Part shown: positions 49,719 through 61,123 of the stretch, piece by piece
How positions within the stretch are numbered: position 1 is the first letter of the stretch
Layout: each line of letters opens with the position of its first letter
NCBI GenBank assembly: GCA_023920165.1
Contig: CP089277.1
Span: 2,232,001 to 2,296,000 of the forward strand
Source: Curvularia clavata
Taxonomy: Eukaryota
Reading direction: 5' to 3'
Length of the DNA: 64,000 nt
Made by a program: the position numbers and the translations under genes
The notes under the pieces: generated by a model
Database searches by the model: none
What the model saw: only the letters and a program-made list of their open reading frames with translations
What the model was told of the DNA's origin: nothing

Positions 49719-50923
49719 CAGTAGCGAAAAGGACGTTAGCCTGGTCCGGGGCCTTGTCGTGTGCAGACGAAGGGAAGGCAAGGCAAGGGAGACGACCAGG
49801 ACACGGCCGCCTCTGACTGGCGCGCCCGTTAGCGCTGCCCTGTGCCCGTGGCCGAGCGCCCAGTGCGCCCTCCACCCACGCTGCCTTTCTCACCGACGAG
49901 CAGCACACAGGCACACGCACGTACGCATGCACGCACCCACATACTACACTATGCCTGTACTATCCTACATACTTTGCTGAGGCACGCAGTCGCGACAAGC
50001 CGCCCTCGCCGCCGCCTCCGCCTCCGACACCGACGCCGCTATTGCCACCAGGACGACTGCGGTGCCCACGAACAGGAGGCGTCGCCCGTCGCCCGTCCCC
50101 CTGCCCCCTCCCCCACCAGCCTCTCGGGGGAGACGGGTCCAAGAGCATGTCTTGACATGGCGCCGAAAAAGCAGGCCAAGGCGACAGAGGGCAAAAGCGG
50201 CGGGTCGTGGAGACTGAAAGGCGCCACATGGACGGGCTGGGAGCAGTGCCATGCTTGCATGCGATCCCAGCGCCCAAATAATGGCACGGGGTCTAGCATG
50301 TCCTCGCGCGAACCACTACGGCGCTCCAGGGGTACCAGTCTTCGGCGCCATGTGGGAAACAGGAAGGGCTGCCGCACTCGAGTGAACAGCGTCGTCGTCC
50401 ATGTGTCAGGACAAGGCCGGGCGTGTCGCCATGGCGTCACTGTCGCCCTACTAGTACGCGCACCCCTTTGCTCCGACTACGTCGTAGTTGGTATGCCTAC
50501 TTTGAATATGCAGGCGCTGCTGCAGCTGCACCAGCGGGAACCGTACATGGCACATACATATGTACGGCCCATAGATACACCACACTTTTGCTACCTCGAC
50601 TCGGGTGCCAGGAACCACCCGAGCCTCACCCACAACGACGACAACCATGACTGACATTAACAACCCGCTTCACTCTGATCCACCCAGAATCCACCCATCC
50701 CTCCCGACATCAGCCCACCCGCCTGAGCCGGGGGCGTCCGTGTCTGTGTCTACCTACTACGTACAAGTACTTTGCTGCTGTCTGGGTGCGGCACGGCTGG
50801 CCTTCTACTGCCTTCGAGAAGGAGCCTAGCAGCCCATGCCGATTCTGGGGCCACGCTCGACCATCACTCGACTGCTATTACTCTACATGCTACCCACTCT
50901 CAAACTACCTTGACTACCCACCA

Positions 50924-52068
50924 CTAAGAATCCTTGTCAGACGTGTCGCCGTCATCCTCGCCCTCGACAGTTACGCGCCTTCCCTGCACTGCCTTTTCCA
51001 CCTCGCCCACCAAGCTTTCCATAAACTCACGGTCCCGACCAACCAGCGTCACCGTATTATGGTCCTTGCCCCAGCGCGGATAGCTGCCCACCTTGACCCC
51101 CCGTGGCTCAGTCCTTGCCGCCAGCTCCGTGAGGTACCCGGCAACGGCGCTTTCAGCCATTGGCGTCGAGATGAGGATCCGGAGCACCCCTTTGCCCTCC
51201 GGGTCTGTTAGCCGTGGTAGGATGCGGGGCTTCAGTCCGTCCAGCATGGCTTCAAACAGTCGGGGCACCCCAGGCAAGATGTGTACATTGCCATTCACAC
51301 ATGCAACGGGCACCCACAGCGAATCGCTGACAAAAATCACCTGCTCCTCGTCAGGCAACGATTCGTCCAAGGGCAGCTCCACCATGCGCTTCTTCGCTCT
51401 AAGCGCAGGTGAATCTACGCTCCAGTCAAAGTCCGGCTGTGACTTGTGTGGCTTCGACAGGCGCTTCATTCGCTCATACGCCGGCTCATGTAGCTTCAAT
51501 TGCAGCCCAAAAGCCTTTGCTATCGACTGGTAGGTAATGTCGTCGTGACTGGACGCCCATTAGTTTCGTGGCTGCATCGTGTAGCGAATCCCCTCAACTC
51601 ACGTGGGTCCAATGCCACCAGAAGTCACCACCATGTCGTAGTTCTTCGACATCCGTCGTACCGCTTCAACAATCTCCCCTTCATCGTCGGCAATCACCTC
51701 AATTCGCCGAAGATTGATTCCTAGTGAGAAACACCACTTTGCAAAGTAGGCCTGTGAGTCCCACGTTAGCTGCTGTGGTCATCCCACGGCACCGAGCCAG
51801 CTTAGCATACCGAGTTTGTATCGACCGTCTAGACTCCATGTCAGCTTGCCATGAACTTTTTTAATTTGTCACTTCTCCAACAAACCTTTCCCCCAAGCAC
51901 TTCGTCGCCTATGATGAGGCACCCTGCCGTGTGAATCAGACTCTTTTGTTGTGTCGAAGCCATGGCTGATGACGTTATTGATTGTCCCAAAGAAGCGGCA
52001 GGCCGGTGCGCAAAGTTAGGTAATGGACGAGACAAATGTCTGGCAACCTGGTTAAGTCGCCCAAACAT
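50924..52068 (-). CDS. molybdopterin-binding (MoCF/CinA-like) domain protein, FAD pyrophosphatase (yeast Fpy1)-like
   Basis: CLIIGDEVLGGK-TVDTNS, VVTSGGIGPTHDDIT, ILPGVPRLF and VKVGSYP. Exons 52068-51886, 51828-51811, 51751-51603 and 51548-50924. Confidence 0.88.
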
Positions 52069-52268
52069 GGATCACTCGGATAATTCAGCGCAGTCACGTC
52101 TCAGCTCCCAAGGTGGCATGAGAAGGAAGGCCTGGTGGAATGATCAGGGTGTAAAGTATACTGGACATGACGGGTTCATGGAGCTATGCTGACTAGCGTT
52201 CCTTCTCCGAGTCCCCCGCCCTGCCCCACCAACAAGGATCGTCCCATCAGCCTCACCAGTTTTACAAC

Positions 52269-52300
52269 CACACACACACACACATACATACATACATACA
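52269..52300. repeat. (CA)n/(CATA)n microsatellite in the divergent promoter
   Basis: cacacacacacacacatacatacatacataca. Confidence 0.8.
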
Positions 52301-52347
52301 AACATTATTTTGCTCTACCTCTTACCCCCTTGTCATCGTGCTACATA

Positions 52348-53003
52348 ATGGCAAGTGCCCTTTGCATTGTATACGCATCAAAGCTAGAGCCTCTACTGAC
52401 CTCCCGCCAGTCCTCAGAAGCACGACTCTACACTTTCTCTGACGAGACCAAGACCAAGTTACGAAAATTCCGACTCGGCACAAGCCGAGCCAACGACCCA
52501 CAGGCCGTCATCTGTACGCTCAAGTGATCTCCTCATTGTATCGGCCATTGCTTCATCCCAAGCAATGCAACCGGGGTCGCCAAGCAGACAATATATCATA
52601 CAATGGCGCTGACGCCCATGCGCGCCAGACGAGATTGACAAGAAGACGCTCGAGATCCGACCCGTTGACGGCGAAGTCTACTCCGACATCCCTTCCCTCG
52701 CTGACGAGCTCCCCGACCATGCTCCCCGATTCGTGCTCCTGAGCTACCCTCTGACCCTCGTACGCCCACGTTCGACATGGAACACTTGAGAACACAAACT
52801 GAGATTGACAGGATTCTGGCCGCTTGTCCGTGCCCTATGTCATGCTCTACTATCTGCCCATAACATGCAACAGCGAGGTCAAGATGCTGTATGCTGGTGC
52901 AAAGGAACTCATGCGGAACACAAGCGAAGTGGGCCGCATCATTGAAATTGATAGTGCTGAGGACCTGGAAGAGATTGAGGCGAGGCTGAAAGAGCAAGCA
53001 TAG
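52348..53003 (+). CDS. AIM7: glia maturation factor (ADF-H domain, Arp2/3 regulator)
   Basis: SSEARLYTFS...KLRKFRL, LADELPDHAPRFVLLSYP, SGRLSVPYVMLYY and MLYAGAKELMR. Introns 52351-52410 (GC-AG), 52514-52628 and 52760-52811. Confidence 0.92.
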
Positions 53004-56000
53004 GCTTGTGTTCTGGTGAAAGATACTGCGTATTTGTGGAATGGCTGCTCAAGCATGCTGTCTGCATCACGCCAGGACCCAATCAAGCACTTCGTGGCCA
53101 ACATATGAAAAGAACTCGATGCGTCGTCGGATTCTCCACTTGCATGCGTGCCAGCTCAAAGTCTCAAGCTACGAAGTACCGGCAGTACCGTTCTTGCTCA
53201 AAGCAGATGGTCCAGCCAGCAGCCTCCCTAATGCACCAACGCATCAACTCTAGCATGGGCTACTCAGCTACCACCACCTCATCTCTTAGCAAACAACCAA
53301 TGTCCACTTGCGTATCGTCGTCACATCCAACCCCCTGGCTTTGCGTCGTTGCTCATTCGACACTACTATGCTACTGCAGTCCCTGCTTCTTCCTCGGCTG
53401 ATCTGGCAACTAATGGGCGTGTACACATACGATAATTAACCGTCAAGCATGGACTTGATCAGATCACGCAAGCATAGACTCGATCGGATCTCGAGAACCG
53501 CTGCGTTCTGTCAATTCTCCTAAATTGATACCATTTTGCTTGGCTCGGGTGCAGATCGCTCCGGCCGGCTCACTCGTATCGACATTTCCTGCTACCATAT
53601 GTACTTCATATAACCTTATCGCACGGAGTTGAGCAACACCTACCACGAGCGAACAGCCTATTGGCTGGAACCATGTCGTGGCGCACGGTTCATGTTTTCC
53701 ATGCTCTTGCCCCTTTTTTGCATGCACTTCCGCTCTACCAATAATATTCTACCCCACATGTTCTCGGTTTGCGCTTCATCAGGCTAACCGTAGCATAGAC
53801 GCAATTTCCTGAACGCGTCCATGATCGCACCAGCCATTCCATGTCAGTGTCACAAGTATTCGTTTCAAGCACAAGTTCTAGGCATTGTGTAGACGACCCA
53901 CATACGACGCTAGACAGCAAAACAACCTCATTGCCCTGTACTGAATACGCTCTCTGCACTTCCTTCTTCTCATTCTCAATCTCCTCCACTCCCTCTACGT
54001 CATTCGGCCAAATATGAGAATATTTGTTTCACATTTATATACCCACCTTACTAGTACTATTCCCAAGAGGCTTTTTTTCTCTTGGCAAAGGAAGAGAGAG
54101 AAAAAGCGTGCAAGGATACCAGTCTAATGGGATCGCCCTGTATCTTTCATTTCCCCAATGACATGGCGTCGGTGGTAGGGGTCGGCAGCATCACCCCATT
54201 CGGGCGTCTATGCTATCAACTTTACTAACCACGGGAGGGAGGGAGGGAAGAAGGACTCGCAAGGGCCTGGGTTTGTCTACCCGCTTTTTGCCCTTCTCAC
54301 CATTACACGCCCAATGGGAGGTCCTACATGCCCAACGTTGATCAGAGCCCCCTTGCTTGTTTTCTGACTCTTGCATTTGGCTTTCCGCGCGCTTGTCACA
54401 TAATCGAGCAGAAAGGAAAAAAATCGACCCGGATCATTCTCGCAACTTGGCGCAAAATCGAGCAACACCAAGTCATTGTCACTGGCTTTCCCCCCGCCTT
54501 CCTATCCACCGGAGATTTTTTTTCACTCCTTTTGCTTTTGCATCATCCCGAATTTTCTCGGAGTCCACAGTACAACTCACCATTTTATTTACTTATCTCG
54601 ATTTTCTTATTACCACGTATGTAGGTATTAATCGTTTCGTTTTGTGGCTTGTTAGCCCCATCATTTTCGTAGAAAAAAGGGGGTAACGTTACAGGCGGAT
54701 CGATATGGCCGGTGTGGGCTTAACACACGGGTAGTATGAATATGGCAGTAATAGATGTGCACGAGCAGCAAGAAAGAACGGCCATTATCGGAAATTAGAG
54801 ATAACTGGGTATTTAAAGTTTGTTAAGGTTTGGCAAGCGGGGATATGTTAAATTACCTGTCTGCTCTCGATTTTTGCTTTTATCATCTTGTTTTTCGTGC
54901 CGGATTCCTTTTGGGATAGGGATGATGTTGAGGAATTAGGTAATTCTTTGCAACTGAAAGTTGCGCTGCTTTAAGAGAGTGGGATGTGTGTGTGTATGGG
55001 TCTGAGTAGGCATATTGCGCTTTCTATGCGTTGGAGCCAAGCCGGGGTTAGTTATCTGCCTACCTTTGCACAGCGAGGGCTTGAATACTTGGGCAAGGAT
55101 GGTGAAGCCACTTGCGTCTCTTGTCCATCTCGCTGCGATTCCTTGAGTAGCAAATTGAGGGTGCACTTCCATTGAGTGGCTTCTATAATGTGAGACTGAC
55201 TAGGCAGGGTAAGGCGTATATAGAAAGCAATTTGTTTGGCGCTGCGAAAATACACAACTGGGCATGACGAATAGGTAAGTCGGCGTATGTATGCCGTAGT
55301 ATCACACTTAGTCTCCGACGTCTTTTTGTATGCAAATGTTGTTTCTGCGAGGAGTTGTATTGCGAAAGGTCTACTGGTTGGCGGCTCTTTTGTTTCTTTC
55401 TTAATGATAAACATCAATTTACTCTCTTTACTCCTCAAAGTCATCTCATTCTCCTCTTTACTTCTAATGTACCGAAATCGTCTCCTATCTCCTACCTCCC
55501 GAAGTAGCTTACTCACCTAACTCTTTTAATCCAACTTATCAACCCAGCATAACTCGCATACTACTTTGGATACCTGTAAACCTTTTTGTATCTGTAGGAT
55601 TTTGCACATCTGTGTCCTTGCGTACAAAAGCAGCTGAGATAAAATGATGTAGGAGAAGCTAAGACGTGGTAGGCAACAAGTGATGAGTAAGGGAACTAGG
55701 GTTGAAGTCGAAGAGGGAGAGGTTGATGAACAGTCGCAAATGACGTAGTGTTTTCACGCCATGCAGCACGCGTCACGTTTCCTGGGTCACCGGCCGGTTT
55801 GATAACACTCCCCGTGTGGGTGAGTCCTTCAGATGTAAGTGTTTGGTGTCATATTCCAAGAGTCTCAAGTGCCAGACAAGCGCTTTGGGTGAGCGGATGG
55901 AATTGGTCAAGATCAAACACGATCTCGTATTGTCTTATCTACATTGACATGTAGCCATTTAGTTAATGCCATAGTTTGTGTAAAATGTGTCGCGTTTGAA

Positions 56001-56113
56001 AATTGCGGTGGTATAAAGTTGTTCATGAACAAGATGATTCTCATCCGATTCTACGCGCTCATGGCGCTCTGAAATCCTCGATCTGTTGTTTCCTTTTCCT
56101 TCCACCAGTCCCT

Positions 56114-56521
56114 CTATTGATCGCCAGTTTTCCCCCAGGGTCTACATATCGCCTTTTCGACCCTCTGCATAATAGTCGCTTCCTGCTCTTGCTTGTCTTC
56201 TTCACGTACACCCAAGACTTGGCCAATAAGTCCACCAGGCTTAGGCACAGGACATTCCCGCTTGGCGGCTAGCTTCTCCTCAATCAGTTGCCTTCTCCTT
56301 CTCTCTTCGCTCAAGATATCGTCGGTAGTCTCGCCCTCGGGAATTCTCCGCCTCCGCCTCCGCCTGTTTTCTCCAGTGGGGTCGGCAGAGTCTGTCAATG
56401 TGCGTGGGTCGACCGGGCAAGGCAGGACGTGTGGTGCTGCGACGACGAGGAAAGAAATCATCAGAGTCGACGTAAAGAGTGAAGTCGTCATGCGCGACCG
56501 TGGGTGGAGGTGAGGAGGCAT
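56114..56521 (-). CDS. cytochrome c oxidase assembly factor 2 (Coa2)-like protein
   Basis: SLFTSTLMISFLVVAAPHVLPCP aligns by eye to the Coa2 motif (STFLIAFASVA...VLPCP). Also carries RECPVPKPGG. Confidence 0.65.
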   Translation of the reverse strand: MPPHLHPRSRMTTSLFTSTLMISFLVVAAPHVLPCPVDPRTLTDSADPTGENRRRRRRRIPEGETTDDILSEERRRRQLIEEKLAAKRECPVPKPGGLIGQVLGVREEDKQEQEATIMQRVEKAICRPWGKTGDQ

Positions 56522-57093
56522 GCTTGATGGGTTGTGTGTAATTAGAGGGCGAATTGCAGAGGCATTACGGGGCCTGTCGGGCTGTCAACAGCGTCGCGGT
56601 GGTTGGCAAGTGGTCAAGGAGGTCGTACGATGCCAATTGAGGTGCCTTGACCACGTATAGACGTTGGGGGAGCGGCGGGCGCGGGGTTGTTGGTGATGAA
56701 TGACTTTTGGTGGAGGGAACATTGGAGGCCGAGCTAGCTGCACGGCTCAACGTAGATCCCTGCACCTCGGGACGCCCGCTGTGGATCTCATACACGATAT
56801 CACCAGCCCACCACTATGCGCCTGGACAGCTGCTAGACGGCTACGACCCCATATACGACTGCCATCCTTAATGTGCACAGCAAATACAAGCATTCACATA
56901 TCCACAGCTCTCTTAGCTTTGCAGAGATAACGCGCTGCACGCGTACCGCCACCAGCAATAGCATTCGCGCCCACGAAATCTTCGAGATAAAACAGCTTAC
57001 AAAATCACCCACACATTACGCCCTTTGTCCAATACCCGGGTTCTTCACTCTTAAGAATAATCTTGTGCGCGCTCATAGCGCAGAGCCGTCACC

Positions 57094-58666
57094 ATGAGCG
57101 CGGGTGGTAGCGACCTTGACAAGTACGGACAGCCACTCGGCCTTCAGATATACAAAGTACGGTACTGACAATGCTCCCAGAGCCATTCAGCAACTCCGCG
57201 CGTGTCGCCCCATCCCCGAGAACCAAGTTCGAGAGCTATGTTATAAAGCACGCGAGCTACTCATCGAAGAGGGCAACGTGGTGGGAGTCGATGCGCCGGT
57301 GACGGTACGTTACTTGTCGAGGTACTTCACAAACACAACTAATCGCACAATGCCAATAGATATGCGGTGATATTCATGGACAGTTCCACGACTTAATGGA
57401 GCTATTCCGCGTTGGTGGAGACGTACCAGACACGAACTATCTCTTTATGGGTATGACAGGCACCATCGTGCAATGAGCAGGGCTTCGACTGACCACACTA
57501 CAGGCGACTTTGTCGACCGCGGCTTCTACTCGCTTGAATCTTTCCTCCTGCTCTTGTGCCTCAAAGTCCGATACCCAGACCGAATAACGCTTATTCGAGG
57601 CAACCACGAATCAAGACAAATCACAACAGTATATGGCTTCTACGATGAGTGCTTGCGAAAGTACGGCAGCGCGAACGTGTGGAGGTGGGTTGTTCTAGGC
57701 TCAATTTGCTAGGGTGGTAAACTAATCGTTGACAGGTATTGCTGTGAGGTCTTTGATTATCTAGCCCTCGGCGCTCTCGTGCAAGGCGCTGCAACATCTC
57801 TTCAAGCCACCGATGGCCCCGTGGCCGAATCCAGCAACGCGGACAGTATGCCCGACATTGACCAGGATATTGAGATTGAGACACTCAATGCAAGTGGCGA
57901 GGTCATGTACCGTTATGCACGCAACTCGGACTCGAATTCGAGTGCCGCTTCACAAATGAGCGCCAACTTGGGTTCGTCATCGCCAGTGTCTCAAACCCCT
58001 GGACGTGTTGGTCCTGCAGGCACAGGCGCAACCTCTTCTGCCAATGGATCAGCTCGCAATGATACAGGTGCTATTCTCTGCGTGCACGGTGGCCTGTCAC
58101 CACTCGTCGATTCAGTCGATAAGATTCGGCTGCTCGACCGCAAACAAGAAGTGCCCCATGAAGGAGCCATGTGTGATCTGCTATGGTCTGACCCCGATGA
58201 GATAGATGGTTGGGGCCTGTCACCACGTGGTGCAGGCTTCCTGTTTGGTGCTGACATTGTCAAAACCTTCAATCACAAAAACGATCTCAGCCTTATTGCA
58301 AGAGCTCACCAGCTGGTCATGGAAGGATTCAAAGAGATGTTCGATTCCACGATTGTAACTGTTTGGTCAGCACCCAACTACTGCTACCGTTGCGGTAACG
58401 TGGCCGCCATACTTGAGCTCGGTGAAGATGGCTCAAACGCCGGCTACCAGAGGAGATCGAACGGTGACAGAGGTGGCGGTGGCGGTGGCTGGGTTCTAGG
58501 ATCCAATGCTGGACCAAACGGCGAACCACGACTAGGAAACATGCTCAACGATAACTTCCAGAAGAACAGGGACGGCCCAGGACGAAGATACCGAGTCTTT
58601 GAAGCCGCACCGCAAGACTCGAGGGGTATGCCGGCGAAGAAGCCTGTTGCCGACTATTTTCTCTAG
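57094..58666 (+). CDS. PPH3: serine/threonine protein phosphatase 4 catalytic subunit
   Basis: [25 protein letters not shown] and [13 protein letters not shown]-terminus [22 protein letters not shown] matches the PP4-type tail. Four introns (57123-57180, 57305-57359, 57451-57503, 57685-57735). Confidence 0.92.
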
Positions 58667-61123
58667 GACGGGGAAGACGAGTCAAAAATGGGCTTGTTGG
58701 GTGGTATACTCGATGTGCGTAGAGCGCACAGCAAAGCTACTCAGTATTTCACGTAGTAGAAGAGCGTGGGGGCGTCAGGAGTTTTGTTTTGTAGCGTAGT
58801 GCAGATTGGATCAAAAGACGTAGGCATTGTCGATATGGATACCCGAATGAATGAACATGAGGAAGACAATCACCATGGACTGAGCATGTTCCCTAGCAAT
58901 GCTTGTGTCACTCGTTTTAAGTTCCAGTGAAGACGTTTGAAGATCTGACAAGATGCATGGTTAGGAGAAGACAGAAAAGATAGGCACAAGGAAGCGATGC
59001 TCACCTATCTACAATGAAAAGAGAATGGCGAAAAGAAAACATACACATCTACTAAACCGTCCGTCAAAAGCTTGAGCACCGCAAAAGTTGACAGGGTGGC
59101 GAGGCGTGGAAAAAAGAGCGAAGCGGAAAAGGGGGGTATAGGGGCATATGGCAGACATAGTCAGTGTACTTGATTCACGTGGTCAGTCGTTGGGTACAAG
59201 TGAGGAAATACGTGAACATATGTTGCCCGGGTACATTGATGCTTGGATATAGGCTGTTCCTGTAGCAGTATTTACATGTTCACGGAAAGGGGAAAGGTGA
59301 AATAGAATTCAACAATTAGTTCAGCTGAATCGAATTCCGAAAAGGGATGGATGAAAATATGCTCCTCGTCCTTGGTGTAGCCAAAGGTAAAAACTTTGTC
59401 AATGGAGAACTTGTCTGGTGATACATGAATTCTGGTGAGCGGTTCCGATGTTTTGTATTTTGACTGATTGCCCCTGAGACGTATCGACTCATGTGTAACC
59501 AACAGGAATCGCTAAAAATTTGACATGGAACCAATCAATGAATCAAGTGCATCTATTCATAGTGGAAGATGCCGTACTTCTTGATCATTAAAGGAGAGAG
59601 GTTGAGCGTAATGGTATAGACGGGGGGTCGCGTGACAGCGAATGACTCGGAAGCTGATAGGGCGCCACGTTAAAGCGCGCTAGGAACTAGCGCACTCCGC
59701 TTTGTCTGACACGCAGCCACGCAGCCACAGAAGGAATGCCGTCTAACGTCATACAATCCTTTGAATATACTTAAAAGCAACCTCTCCAACATTCCTCTTA
59801 TCAGTTTTGTCTGGATGACTTCATACTAAATCGATACTTTGCTGTTACCGAAGCCGTTATCTTATTCTATTCCGCGGTTGCAGGTCTAGCCCGGGAGATA
59901 TGAACGGCGCTAGAGCTCCGAAACGGCGCCTCGGCAGGTGAATTGGACGGGACGGAGGCGTCTGTTTGGATTGAAATCACTTCAGCGAGGTATGGCGTTA
60001 CTAGCTCAAGAATATTTTACCGCCCCCCTTTATAGGCATAGCTAAGCCGACAAAGCAAAATGCAATCGCGCATTGCCGCGGGGTTCCATTGAGTTGTACT
60101 GAAGTTCATTCACCCTGGTAGACCACTGCCAATGGCTTCTTCTGCCCGCAGAAAGCCAATTGGTAAAGGACCCATGATTGCAAAACCGAATAAGATCTGA
60201 ACGATGTACCGGCCCCTGCTTGGGTATCTAGACGCTGTTCCCTGCCCCCTGTCGGCCGAATACACTTGTCTTTTCGAACGATTATTGGACAATGCTGAGC
60301 CGACACTCCATGGGGCTGGGGTAGAGTTACGATGGGACAAGGCGCGTGACACGTATCTACTAAGTAATCTAGGACCTGTCTCCTTATCTATCATGCTACT
60401 GACAACAGGTACTCCGGTTGGTGCGCAGACGCTAACCGGATCTTCGGAAACTTCCATGTACATTCTGGAATCTGACATGCATACTGGAACACATGGTTTA
60501 CTGTCTTTGAATAGATCAGTGGCTTGCCAATGGCTTAACAGAGATGCCATCTGTGTTCAAGTTCCTGAGATATCAAATCTACTTTCCCTCAGTCCGGTTT
60601 CCTTCCAGTCCATACAATTTATGATCGAATGCCACTAGCGTTCAAAATCAAAGCGCCCGAGACCATGCCGGAGATACGAGGAACAAGCGCCACAGTATAA
60701 GCACCGCGGCCAAGGAACCCTAATGTTCCAAGCTTCTTCAAGACTTTCACTACACCACCCATCCCGTCAACTAGACCTGAATTGGAAGGCACCGAGCCTT
60801 AGACAACCCTGTCTCCAACCGTTGCGTTGCGTGTGGCGACGACCCGTCGAACCCTTCACCCCGCTCCTCCCCCAAATTGCCGTAGTGTTCGTGAAGTGTC
60901 CGATATCATTCAAGCCAGGGCGTCTGGTTGGAGCCATTGCGCCGTGTCCGTTGCTCTATCGAGAAGCTGCCCCAGAGATAGCTCGGCCAGACTATGTCCA
61001 TTTGTGAACCTTGGTCCGATGGGGTTGTACGTACGATGTCACTGAAGATCACATATAAACGACCATGGCCCTGGGAATCTCTGCAAAGTCCATCTACTCT
61101 ATTCATCATCTTTGCCTGAAAAG

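Noticed and set aside
49842..50654. 270-aa + strand ORF upstream of ras
   Set aside because: GC-rich promoter DNA with low stop density, a GTG start and no domain features.
57123..57180. Duplicated AAGTACGG donor in PP4 intron 1 (possible twin intron or micro-exon)
   Set aside because: Sub-introns would be only about 25 nt, too short to splice.
59272..60638. Short ORFs (76-146 aa) between PP4 and the OPT gene
   Set aside because: No recognisable motifs or splice structure; likely promoter DNA, though a small relic at 59272-59534 cannot be excluded.
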